NCBI GenBank assembly: GCA_046753845.1
Contig: JBHHUP010000004.1
Coordinates: 1-55,265 of the forward strand
Length of the DNA stretch: 55,265 nt
DNA from: Thermodesulfobacteriota bacterium
GTDB lineage: Bacteria > Desulfobacterota > GWC2-55-46 > JADFVP01
Reading direction: 5' to 3'
Below the pieces are notes generated by a model. The model did not search any database, was not told the DNA's origin, and saw nothing but the letters and a program-made list of their open reading frames with translations. This document shows, in pieces, positions 33,610 through 42,418 of the stretch; position 1 is the first letter of the stretch, and every line of letters starts with the position of its first letter. The position numbers were made by a program, and so were the translations under genes.

Positions 33610-34007
33610 GAAAGACGCCGGAGGGCATCAGGCGGCCGCGCCCGGCAACGTCGGGGGAGGAAAGTCCGGACACCACAGGGCAGGGAGGTCGTTAACAGCG
33701 ACCGGGGGAGACTCCAGGGACAGGGCCACAGAAAATAGACCGCCCCTTTTACAAGGGGTAAGGGTGAAAAGGCGGGGTAAGAGCCCACCAGCCTGCCGGG
33801 TGACCGGCAGGGCTTGGCAACCCCCTCCCGGTGCAAGACCGAATAGGTTCCGTTTAAAGGGCGGCCCGCCCTTGGCGCCTTTGTGGCGCCGGCGGAACGG
33901 GTAGGTTGCTCGAGGTCCGCGGCAACGCGGATCCCAGATGAATGGCCGCCGTCCCCTTCAGGGGGGATTACAGGATCCGGCTTACACGATACCCTCCGGC
34001 GTCTTTC
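33610..34007 (+). ncRNA. rnpB: RNase P RNA, bacterial type A
   Basis: Universal P4 strands GAGGAAAGTCCGGAC and ACAGGATCCGGCTTAC are present, along with conserved GGTAAGGGTGAAA, GGGGTAAGAGCCCACC and CAGATGAATGGCCGCC. P1 pairs GAAAGACGCCGGAGGG (5') with CCCTCCGGCGTCTTTC (3'). The ends are approximate, +/-5 nt. Confidence 0.92.
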
Positions 34008-34227
34008 TTGCTACATTCAGCGAACCCCGCGCCCCGGACTAAAGTCGTCTTTCGTGGGGGGCGGTATTTAGACAAGTTATTGTTTCTCCAGTACTTACCT
34101 TGCAGCCAGATGCCGCTTACCTGCCATTGTCTTCTTTGCAGGTACAGCCGGTATTATCCCACTCTCATAAAGCGGGCGAGAGAGGTCTTTTGACTTTAGT
34201 GCTAAAAACGGCCTTAAGAGAGAATAA

Positions 34228-35652
34228 ATGGGAATAAAGTTAAAATACGCTATAATCCTCTCCGTGCTTTTCTGCACCATTACCACTGTTATGGGTTTCT
34301 TCATGGTGCTTAACCAGAAACATTCCATGGAGTCGCAGATAAGGTCCATGGCCGGTGCTGTTACGGACGGTTTTTCCCGCAACAGTAAGTTCCCCCTCCT
34401 TGAGAACGACAGCCTCGTTATGAGTCAGCTCATAGAGAATATTCTTAAAAATCCTTCCATATCCACGGCCTATATACTGAACGAGAGCCTCGCCGTAAAG
34501 GCACACAAGGATATTGAGACTATAGGCAAGAAGTTTATCCTGGCGGGCCGTATAGAAGAGGCCCGCGGGCCCTATCCCTGGGTTATAGCAGAGGACGACG
34601 GCTCCATCACCTATGCCATGCCTGTTTTTTTTAAAGACACCAAGGTGGGGTACACGGTACTCTCCTTCTCAAAGGCCTTTATCAGCGAGAGGGTGAGAGC
34701 GGTGGTAATGAGCCTTGTAATAATCACCATCCTCGCGGTAATCTTTGTCTCTTTTCTCTCTATACCCCTTGCCGCGGGGTTTTTAGCACCCATATTCATG
34801 CTTCTGAAGGGCACTAAAGAGATAGTTTTGGGTAACTTTGATTACAAGATACCCGAGGTGCGTAGAGACGAGGTAGGCGAGCTTGTGCGTTCATTTAATC
34901 ATATGGCCCTGGAGCTGAAGAAAAAAGAGGTTATGAAGGGGGTCTTTAATCTCTACGTAAGCCCTGATGTGGCCGATGAGATATTAAAGGAACCCGAGTC
35001 CCTTGACCTTGGCGGAGACCGTCGGGTCCTTACGGTTTTTTTCGCCGATATACGCGGGTTCACCCGTCATGCCCGCAGCATGAGTCCTGAGCAGACAGTT
35101 GAGATACTAAACAGGTACTTCAGCCTTATTACCGAGGTAGTCTTTACCTTTGGCGGCACCGTGGATAAGTTCATAGGAGATGCCGTCATGTGTGTCTTTG
35201 GCTCTCCTATCGCCATGACCGATCATCTTGAAGAGGCCGTAAAGACCGCCGTTGCCATACGTGATGTCCTCGGGCAGGTAAACGCCCTCAGGCAGGAGCG
35301 CGGCGAGACCCCTATGCGCATGGGGCTTGGCCTTGATTCGGGCCCGGTGATTGTAGGTAATATGGGTTCGAGGCTCAGGATGGAGTATACGGCCGTGGGC
35401 GAGGCGGTGAACATGGCCTCGCGGCTCTCTGATATCGCCGGGGGAGGTGAGATTCTGATAAATGAGGGGCTTTATCCGCAGGTAAAGGAGTTCGCCCATT
35501 GTGATAAGGTTGAGTCTGCTGTGATAAAAGGTGTTGACAAGCCCGTTGGGCTTTATAGTATAGTTGAGCTTAAAGAAAGCTGGAGGGTTGAGGTTGACAA
35601 GGTTGTGGCAAAGACTATTAAAACTATGGGGGATGAGGGTTTTTTACCTTAA
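34228..35652 (+). CDS. Membrane-bound class III adenylate/guanylate cyclase with extracytoplasmic sensor region and HAMP domain
   Basis: 474 aa. The order is TM1, a ~140-aa loop, TM2, HAMP (..GNFDYKIPEVRRDEVGELVRSFNHMALEL) and the cyclase core (TVFFADIRGFT, FIGDAVMCVFG, EYTAVGEAVNMASRL). Confidence 0.88.
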   Translation: MGIKLKYAIILSVLFCTITTVMGFFMVLNQKHSMESQIRSMAGAVTDGFSRNSKFPLLENDSLVMSQLIENILKNPSISTAYILNESLAVKAHKDIETIGKKFILAGRIEEARGPYPWVIAEDDGSITYAMPVFFKDTKVGYTVLSFSKAFISERVRAVVMSLVIITILAVIFVSFLSIPLAAGFLAPIFMLLKGTKEIVLGNFDYKIPEVRRDEVGELVRSFNHMALELKKKEVMKGVFNLYVSPDVADEILKEPESLDLGGDRRVLTVFFADIRGFTRHARSMSPEQTVEILNRYFSLITEVVFTFGGTVDKFIGDAVMCVFGSPIAMTDHLEEAVKTAVAIRDVLGQVNALRQERGETPMRMGLGLDSGPVIVGNMGSRLRMEYTAVGEAVNMASRLSDIAGGGEILINEGLYPQVKEFAHCDKVESAVIKGVDKPVGLYSIVELKESWRVEVDKVVAKTIKTMGDEGFLP

Positions 35653-36502
35653 CTTCGCCGTGTTTTCCTTTGCCTTCTTCTTTGTCGGGTGTGTGGGGCC
35701 TGATTATGTGCTTGGCACTGATTACAGGCAGGCTGAAATTCTCTACGAGCGCGGCGTCATACCGCAGGCTCGCGACAAGGCCGCTGACGTTGGTAAAGAG
35801 GACCCTGATTATGCCCGTGCGCAGAAGCTTCTTAAGGACATAGACGCCCTTTCTCTTATACTCTCAAGAGAGCATATGGAGATGGCCGAGGCCTATGAGA
35901 AGGCCGGTATTCTGAAAAAGGCACTCCAAGAGTACAATCTTGCCCTCAGTATAAATCCATCAAATAAGTGGGCAAGAAAAAAACTACTCCTCCTTGGTAA
36001 AATTTCAACAGGTGAAAATCCCGGCGAGCCCTCTACGGGCCTTGAGGAGATAAGAAAAAAGATACGCAAGGCAAAAAAAAGCGAGGAGGGCCCTGAGAAA
36101 AAAGCTGCACGCCATTACGTAAAGGGCAAGCTTTATTTTGTATCGGGAAAGTACAATAAGGCCATAAAGCACTTCTCCGCCGCCCTTGCCGATGTACCTG
36201 ATTACAAAGATGCCGAGGTTTTTCTTAACCTGGTTCGTCTTAAGCGTAAGAATTATATTGATTTCCACATGAAGAAGGGGGTAACCCTTTTTCAGAAAGA
36301 GGAGCTTGAGCTTGCGATAAAAGAGTGGAATGGCGTTCTTGCCATGGACCCCGGGAATAAAGAGGCCGCCGAGTATAAGAAGAGGGCCGAGGCCATTGAG
36401 GTAAAGGTAAAGAAGATTAAGGATACACAGGATGTGAAGAAGCCCCCTGTAAAGCAGGAAAAAAAGGGTCTCGATTCCCCTCTGCCACTGCTTCTCAGAT
36501 AG
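35633..36502 (+). CDS. TPR-repeat lipoprotein
   Basis: ATG 35633 gives MRVFYLNFAVFSFAFFFVGC, a lipobox-like signal. TPR-like helices follow (AEAYEKAGILKKALQEYNLALSINPSN, YNKAIKHFSAALADVPDYKDA, LELAIKEWNGVLAMDPGNKEA). It overlaps the end of the cyclase gene by 20 nt. Confidence 0.65.
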   Translation: MRVFYLNFAVFSFAFFFVGCVGPDYVLGTDYRQAEILYERGVIPQARDKAADVGKEDPDYARAQKLLKDIDALSLILSREHMEMAEAYEKAGILKKALQEYNLALSINPSNKWARKKLLLLGKISTGENPGEPSTGLEEIRKKIRKAKKSEEGPEKKAARHYVKGKLYFVSGKYNKAIKHFSAALADVPDYKDAEVFLNLVRLKRKNYIDFHMKKGVTLFQKEELELAIKEWNGVLAMDPGNKEAAEYKKRAEAIEVKVKKIKDTQDVKKPPVKQEKKGLDSPLPLLLR

Positions 36503-37007
36503 TTTTTTTGAGCCCCCCCCTACGGGTTGACAGCTCTCTGCCGCTACTCTTACAGAGTTACTTCCTGCTAATCTATGGCCTTTAAATACCTCCCCCCTCC
36601 CGGGGCTGACAGCTTCCCGCTCCTACTCTTGCACGAGACAGCTTCTTTTATGATTTTTTATGAGGCCGAGCAATAGCATCTCTCGGGCATCTTATTTTCC
36701 ATGGGACCCGGAGAAAAAATAGGGGCTTTCATCTCTGTATCTCAACAGATATTTTCAAGGGCCTACATTTATTGAAAATAACGGCACCTTGCTTTTCATA
36801 GGAATAAGTGCATTAATTAGATATCCCTTAGTTCTATTCCCGCATTTCCCCTGATATATCATATCGCTCCACCCCCCCAAGGGCGCAGCCACATCTTTAT
36901 CCAGTGTTTTTTACCTGAAGTCCCCTCTTATTTTGCCTGATTTCGCAAAAAAAATGGCTCTTGGGCCCTAAATATGCATATAGCCCCCATAATGGGAGAA
37001 AAAGCCC

Positions 37008-37036
37008 TTGACAAAAAAAGACCTTAAGAATATAGT
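37008..37036 (+). promoter_or_regulatory. Near-consensus sigma70 promoter of the dcw cluster (Pmra equivalent)
   Basis: TTGACA (37008-37013) - 17 nt - TATAGT (37031-37036), about 108 nt upstream of the mraZ ATG. Confidence 0.65.
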
Positions 37037-37045
37037 TGAGACACT

Positions 37046-37096
37046 AAGTGGTATAAAGTGGTATAAAGTGGTATAAGAGTCGCCTTTAGTGGTATG
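37046..37096 (+). promoter_or_regulatory. Probable MraZ operator: three exact tandem 10-nt repeats AAGTGGTATA plus a fourth degenerate copy
   Basis: AAGTGGTATA occurs at 37046, 37056 and 37066, and TAGTGGTATG at 37087. The repeats start about 10 nt downstream of the -10 box. GGTATGG recurs at 37108 and 37134. Confidence 0.6.
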
Positions 37097-37143
37097 GCCC
37101 TATAGAGGGTATGGTATTTGAATAAGAGCACGGGGTATGGGCG

Positions 37144-37578
37144 ATGTTTAGAGGCAGGTTTGAGCATACCATTGATCTTAAGGGCAGGCTGAGCATCCCT
37201 TCGAGGCTGCGCGAGACCCTTAACGAGAGGTATGATTCGCGCCTTGTTGTGACTACATACGATGGCTGTCTTGTGGCCTATCCGCTCTTGGAGTGGAATA
37301 AGCTCGAGTCCAGGATTGCGGAGTTGCCCGAGTTCAAGAAGGATACGCGGGCCTTTCTCCGCTTTTTTTATTCAAGCGCCACGGATTGCTCCATAGACAG
37401 GCTTGGGCGTATCCTTATACCTCAGGCCCTTCGTGATTACGCCGGTTTTGATAAGGAGGTAGTGCTTATAGGGGCCTTCAGGCAGATTGAGATATGGGCG
37501 AAGGAGGTCTGGGATAAGGCCGAAGGCGCCGTCTCTGCCGATGATATAGGTAATACCCTTGAGCGTCTCGGTCTTTAA
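37144..37578 (+). CDS. mraZ: Transcriptional regulator MraZ
   Basis: 144 aa. MFRGRFEHTIDLKGRLSIPSRLR and the second half-site IDRLGRILIPQALRDYA form the duplicated SpoVT/AbrB-like MraZ motif. It is the first gene of the dcw cluster. Confidence 0.95.
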   Translation: MFRGRFEHTIDLKGRLSIPSRLRETLNERYDSRLVVTTYDGCLVAYPLLEWNKLESRIAELPEFKKDTRAFLRFFYSSATDCSIDRLGRILIPQALRDYAGFDKEVVLIGAFRQIEIWAKEVWDKAEGAVSADDIGNTLERLGL

Positions 37579-37580
37579 GT

Positions 37581-38516
37581 ATGGGTTACGCGCACCGGCC
37601 GGTGATGTGCCGCGAGGTTATAGAGTATCTTTGCTGCCGGGGCGGCGGAATATATCTTGACGGTACCCTTGGAGGCGGAGGTCATGGCCAAGCCATACTG
37701 GAGGCATCTGGACCAGACGGGCTCTTAATAGGCCTTGACCGTGATGAGGCGGCCATTTGCCACGCAGGCGAGGAGCTCCGGGGTTATAAAGACAGGGTTA
37801 TCCTCATAAGGGCTAATTTCAGCGAGGTAGGGGAGGAGTTAAAGGGGCGCGGCATCTCGGAGATAGACGGTATGCTCCTTGACCTTGGAGTCTCTTCATA
37901 TCACCTTGATGAGGCGGAGCGGGGTTTCAGCTTCAGACTTGATGCCCCACTTGATATGCGCATGGACAGGCGCGGCGCGGTAACGGCCAAGGACCTTCTT
38001 AATACACTTACCGCAAAAGAGCTTGCGGCCATAATCAGGGATTATGGCGAGGAGCGTTTTGCCATGAGGATAGCGCGGGCCATTGTTAGGGCGCGGGAGA
38101 TAAGACCCCTTAGCACTACGGGCGAGTTATCGGAGTTAATAGCAGAGGCCATACCGCGCCGCTTTCACGGCACGCGGATACATCCGGCTACCCGGACCTT
38201 TCAGGCCCTCAGGATAGCCGTTAATGATGAGCTTGGCGCCCTTAAGAAGGGGCTTACCGATGGGATAGGGTCTCTAAAGAGCGGCGGGCGCATGGTAGTT
38301 ATCTCATATCATTCGTTAGAGGACAGGATAGTAAAAAATTTTTTTAAAGAGGAAGCTTCGCCTTGCCGGTGTCCCGCGGGGCTGCCTCTATGCCTCTGCG
38401 GAGAGGAGCCCCGGTTAAAGCTGCTTACAGGGCGGGTGGTAACGGCCTCCGCATCGGAGATTGAGAATAACCCCCGGGCAAGGAGCGCAAAGCTGCGGGC
38501 CATTGAGAAGATTTAA
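37581..38516 (+). CDS. rsmH: 16S rRNA (cytosine1402-N4)-methyltransferase
   Basis: 311 aa with HRPVM..YLDGTLGGGGH, FSFRLDAPLDMRMD and SYHSLEDRIVK. Confidence 0.95.
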   Translation: MGYAHRPVMCREVIEYLCCRGGGIYLDGTLGGGGHGQAILEASGPDGLLIGLDRDEAAICHAGEELRGYKDRVILIRANFSEVGEELKGRGISEIDGMLLDLGVSSYHLDEAERGFSFRLDAPLDMRMDRRGAVTAKDLLNTLTAKELAAIIRDYGEERFAMRIARAIVRAREIRPLSTTGELSELIAEAIPRRFHGTRIHPATRTFQALRIAVNDELGALKKGLTDGIGSLKSGGRMVVISYHSLEDRIVKNFFKEEASPCRCPAGLPLCLCGEEPRLKLLTGRVVTASASEIENNPRARSAKLRAIEKI

Positions 38517-38573
38517 GCAGATATCAAATCCCCTCTCGTAGAGATTAGGGGCGGAGAGATAGAGGGTAAAACA

Positions 38574-38924
38574 TTGTCGCAGGCGTTTAGCAGGATACTG
38601 GGTCTTAATCATCTCCTGGCGGGACAGAAGGTAAGGTCCGGGAGAGATCCGCGGGATACAAGATTTATGTTCTCGGCCATATTAGCCTCCCTTGCCCTCG
38701 TAGGAGTTTTCTTTATCTATATATGGTGCAGACTAACGGTAGTAAGTATGGGGTATGAGATAAGCGAGGCCAACATGGAGAGAAACGCCCTTGTGGAGCA
38801 GAATAGAAGGCTGAAGATAGAGTTCATGCGCCTCTCTTCGCCCCGGCGTATAGAGCCTATTGCCATAGAGGAGCTCGGCCTTGTACACCCCGGTCCGGGG
38901 CAGATAGTAAGGGTTGGGAAGTGA
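38574..38924 (+). CDS. ftsL: Cell division protein FtsL
   Basis: A small bitopic protein with one TM (ILASLALVGVFFIYIW) followed by a coiled-coil, located between rsmH and ftsI. The start is uncertain (TTG 38574 or ATG 38667). Confidence 0.65.
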   Translation: MSQAFSRILGLNHLLAGQKVRSGRDPRDTRFMFSAILASLALVGVFFIYIWCRLTVVSMGYEISEANMERNALVEQNRRLKIEFMRLSSPRRIEPIAIEELGLVHPGPGQIVRVGK

Positions 38925-40873
38925 AGAAAAAGAAGCAGAAAAATTATTTCAGGCCCAGGGTCTTTATTGTACTCGCATTTTTTATATGCGCCTTCTCTCT
39001 TGTATTCGCTCGCGCCTTTGAGCTGCAGGTAATTGAGAGCGCCTCGCTAAAGGAGAAGGCCGCGCGTCAGCACGTGCGCTCTGTAAACCTTCGCTCAAAG
39101 CGCGGTGATATATACGACAGGAACTTTAAAGAGCTCGCCATCAGTATTGATGTTGATTCCATTTACGCAAGACCATCGGAGATAAAGTCAAGACGGGCCG
39201 TCTCGCGCTCCCTTGCTCGTATTACAGGCCTAAGGGCCTCTGATATCCGCCGCAGCCTTTCATCGGGCAGGGGTTTTGTCTGGGTAAAACGCCAGATAGA
39301 CCTCGGGGAATCAGAGCGGGAGAAGTTAAGCGCCATGAGAGGGGTGGGGATAGTCAAGGAGAGCAGGCGTTATTACCCGAATAACGGCCTTGCCTCCAAT
39401 CTACTGGGTTTTACCGGCGTGGACTCTAACGGCCTTGAGGGCATAGAGCACTTCTATAATACATATCTAAGAGGCACGGCGCGCAAGATCAGCGGCGGCC
39501 GCGACGCGCGGGGGCGCCTGATGCTCTTTGGCGATACCGGCAGCGTCGTCCCTGTCGAGGGAATGAGCGTTGAGCTTACTATAGATAAGACCATTCAGTA
39601 CGTAACGGAGAGCGCCCTGCAGAGCGCCATAGACAAGACGGGGGCCAGGGGCGGAACCGCAGTGGTGCTCTCTCCTGCCACGGGAGAGGTCCTTGCCATG
39701 GCCACGGCCCCGGGTTTTAACCTTAATAATTTTCGCCGTACCTCACCGGACCTCTGGCGTAACCGTACGGTTACTGATTCCTTTGAGCCGGGCTCTGTGG
39801 TCAAGGTCTTTGTCGTGGCAGGGGCCCTTGAGGAGGGTCTGGTAAGACCCAATGATATATTCTACTGCGAGAACGGGAAATACAGGGTGGCCGACCGCGT
39901 GCTCCATGACGCCGAGAAGAACGGCTGGCTCTCTGTATCAAATATCATAAAGTACTCCAGCAATATCGGCGCATCGAAGATAGCTGAAAAAATGGGTAAA
40001 GAGACACTTTACAGATACTTCAGCGCCTTTGGCATGGGCCGTAAAACAGGGCTTGACCTGCCCGGTGAGACGAGCGGCTCTCTGCTTGATCTGAACAAAT
40101 GGTCTGGCGTTACGCTTCATACCCTCTCCTTTGGTCAGGGTATCTCCGCATCCTCCATTCAGCTTGCCACGGCCCTCGGGGCCATAGCCAACGGAGGGTT
40201 TCTCATGAGACCCTATATTGTAAAAGAGGTAAAGAGCGGCACGGGAGATGTGGTGAAGACCAATAATCCTGTGATTACACGAAGGGTCATCTCCGCGGCA
40301 ACGGCACGGAGTGTAAGGAATATGATGGTAGGCGTTACGGGAGAGGACGGCACGGGCTTTAAGGCAGCTATAGCGGGTTTTGATGTAGCGGGCAAGACAG
40401 GGACGGCTCAAAAGCCCGACTTCGAACATGGAGGGTATAAGAGTGGCGCCTATGTATCGAGTTTCTTTGGTTTTGTCCCCGCCGATAAACCTGTCCTTAC
40501 GATAATAGTGACCCTTGATGAGCCTCAGAACGGTTACTACGGCGGCGAGGTAGCGGCGCCGGTATTTAAAGAGATAGCTGGAAAGAGCCTTGCCTACCTC
40601 GGGATAACGCCTGAAGGCGGCATGAAGGCAGGGCCCCGGAGGAAGAGCAGGGCCTCGGGTGCGGCCTCCCATGGCGCAGAGGCGAAAGCAATGAGCCCGG
40701 AGCAGGGGCTTATCCCGGACTTTACGGGCCTTACCATGAGAAGGGCCATGAGGGTATCGAGCGAAGGAGACTTTTCCATAAAGATGATAGGCGGCGGTGT
40801 GGCCGTACGTCAGAGCCCCGGGCCGGGCAGGCCCTTAAAGGGCGTTAAGTTAGTGAAAGTCTGGTTTAAATAA
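38921..40873 (+). CDS. ftsI: Peptidoglycan D,D-transpeptidase FtsI (class B PBP) with C-terminal PASTA-like domain
   Basis: 650 aa with an N-terminal TM and the transpeptidase motifs SVVK (SxxK), SSN and KTGT. The C-terminal ~55 aa (IPDFTGLTMRRAMRV...VAVRQSPGPGRPLKGVKLVKVWF) fit the PASTA pattern. Confidence 0.92.
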   Translation: MKKKKQKNYFRPRVFIVLAFFICAFSLVFARAFELQVIESASLKEKAARQHVRSVNLRSKRGDIYDRNFKELAISIDVDSIYARPSEIKSRRAVSRSLARITGLRASDIRRSLSSGRGFVWVKRQIDLGESEREKLSAMRGVGIVKESRRYYPNNGLASNLLGFTGVDSNGLEGIEHFYNTYLRGTARKISGGRDARGRLMLFGDTGSVVPVEGMSVELTIDKTIQYVTESALQSAIDKTGARGGTAVVLSPATGEVLAMATAPGFNLNNFRRTSPDLWRNRTVTDSFEPGSVVKVFVVAGALEEGLVRPNDIFYCENGKYRVADRVLHDAEKNGWLSVSNIIKYSSNIGASKIAEKMGKETLYRYFSAFGMGRKTGLDLPGETSGSLLDLNKWSGVTLHTLSFGQGISASSIQLATALGAIANGGFLMRPYIVKEVKSGTGDVVKTNNPVITRRVISAATARSVRNMMVGVTGEDGTGFKAAIAGFDVAGKTGTAQKPDFEHGGYKSGAYVSSFFGFVPADKPVLTIIVTLDEPQNGYYGGEVAAPVFKEIAGKSLAYLGITPEGGMKAGPRRKSRASGAASHGAEAKAMSPEQGLIPDFTGLTMRRAMRVSSEGDFSIKMIGGGVAVRQSPGPGRPLKGVKLVKVWFK

Positions 40874-40894
40874 GAGGGGTTGAGGCAAATAGGG

Positions 40895-42418
40895 ATGTTG
40901 ATGAAGGTTAGAGACTTAAGGGATATGCTCGGTGAGTGCAGGATTACGGGGCCTGATGAGATAGAGATTAACGATATCTCATGTGATTCGAGGTCCGCCA
41001 TTCATGGCGGCTCGGTCTTTGCCGCCGTGCAGGGCGAGAGCGCCGATGGATATTCCTTTATAAACGAGGCCCTTGATAAGGGCGCGCGGTGCCTCCTTGC
41101 AGAGAGGCCATGGGGCATGGGTAATAGAGGCGCGGAGATAACGGAGATTATAGTCCCTGATGTAAGAGAGGCCATAGGAAGGGTCTCGGCGGGGCTCTAT
41201 GGCGAGCCATCAATGGGGCTTACGCTCGTAGGCGTTACGGGTACAAACGGTAAGACAACGGTTACGTATATCCTTGAGTCAATCTTCAAGGCCTGCGGCT
41301 TTGAGACAGGTGTTATCGGCACGGTGAATTACAGGTTCAAGGGTGATGAGATACCGGCTCCCAATACCACCCCCGGTGCGCCTTCGCTGCAGAGGCTTTT
41401 GCGGGATATGCGCGAGGCAGGTGTTACGCACTGCGCCATGGAGGTATCCTCTCATGGTCTGGCGCAAAAACGCGTCTCAGGCTGCGGCTTTGATGCCGCG
41501 GTATTTACAAACCTTACTCATGACCATCTGGATTATCACTCTACGGTGGAGGATTATTACAGGGCAAAATCCCTGCTCTTCACCTTATTAAAGGCAGGCG
41601 GCGTATCGGTAGTGAATATAGACGACCCCTGGGGCGGAAGGCTCGCAGGCTCCCTGCCGGGCCTTATTACCACGGGCATGGAGAAAGAGGCCGATATACA
41701 TCCGCGCGGGCTTTGCGTAACCCCTGACGGCATAGACGCCCTTGTGCAGACTCCGGCGGGCCCTGTCTCCGTCACAACGGCCATGACAGGCAGGTTCAAC
41801 GTATATAATATACTCTCAGCCATAGGCGTATGTATAGGTCTTGGCATAGAGCGCACCATGATAGAGCAGGGTATAAGCGCGCTCGGCGGCGTGCCCGGCA
41901 GGATTGAGAGGATTAAACCCGCAGGCAAAGCCGAGCTTCCCTACAGGGCTTATGTGGACTACGCCCATACGCCGGACGCCCTTGAACGCCTCCTTCAGAC
42001 CGTACGAGAGATGAGCGGGGGGTCTATTGTGCTGGTCTTCGGCTGCGGCGGCAACAGAGACAGGACAAAGCGCGCCGAGATGGGAGAGGCCGCGGCACGG
42101 TACGCGGATATGATTATACTTACCTCTGATAACCCCCGTGACGAGAACCCCGAGTTAATACTTAAGGATATAGAGGCGGGGTTACGGGAGGTTCGGAAGG
42201 TAGAGGCCGGGGGCACGGAGCCGCTGCCCGGCGAGAAGGCCTATATGGTCTGCCCTGATAGAAGAGAGGCCATTAGAGAGGCAGTAGCTCTGGCGCGCCC
42301 CGGCGATATCCTTATCGTAGCCGGCAAAGGCCATGAGGATTATCAGATAACCGGCGCGGTGAGGTCTCACTTTGAGGACGCACTTGAGCTTCGCCGCGCC
42401 ATGGAGGCCGCTTCATGA
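40895..42418 (+). CDS. murE: UDP-N-acetylmuramoyl-L-alanyl-D-glutamate--2,6-diaminopimelate ligase
   Basis: Mur ligase P-loop GVTGTNGKTT and the DNPR motif (TSDNPRDENP). The start is uncertain among TTG 40880, ATG 40895 and ATG 40901. Confidence 0.92.
   Translation: MLMKVRDLRDMLGECRITGPDEIEINDISCDSRSAIHGGSVFAAVQGESADGYSFINEALDKGARCLLAERPWGMGNRGAEITEIIVPDVREAIGRVSAGLYGEPSMGLTLVGVTGTNGKTTVTYILESIFKACGFETGVIGTVNYRFKGDEIPAPNTTPGAPSLQRLLRDMREAGVTHCAMEVSSHGLAQKRVSGCGFDAAVFTNLTHDHLDYHSTVEDYYRAKSLLFTLLKAGGVSVVNIDDPWGGRLAGSLPGLITTGMEKEADIHPRGLCVTPDGIDALVQTPAGPVSVTTAMTGRFNVYNILSAIGVCIGLGIERTMIEQGISALGGVPGRIERIKPAGKAELPYRAYVDYAHTPDALERLLQTVREMSGGSIVLVFGCGGNRDRTKRAEMGEAAARYADMIILTSDNPRDENPELILKDIEAGLREVRKVEAGGTEPLPGEKAYMVCPDRREAIREAVALARPGDILIVAGKGHEDYQITGAVRSHFEDALELRRAMEAAS

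Noticed and set aside
33585-34193. ORFs of 62-105 aa on both strands (33585-33836 -, 33587-33904 +, 33883-34071 +, 33942-34193 +)
   Set aside because: They lie inside or overlap the RNase P RNA gene, whose conserved P4 and other core elements explain the sequence. The translations are Arg/Gly/Pro-rich noise.
37046-37075. Possibility that the tandem GTGGTATAAA repeats are a mini CRISPR or satellite array
   Set aside because: The units are only 10 nt long, contiguous with no spacers, and number just three exact copies. They sit between a promoter and mraZ. An operator interpretation fits better, and no cas genes or 25-40-nt repeats exist anywhere in the window.
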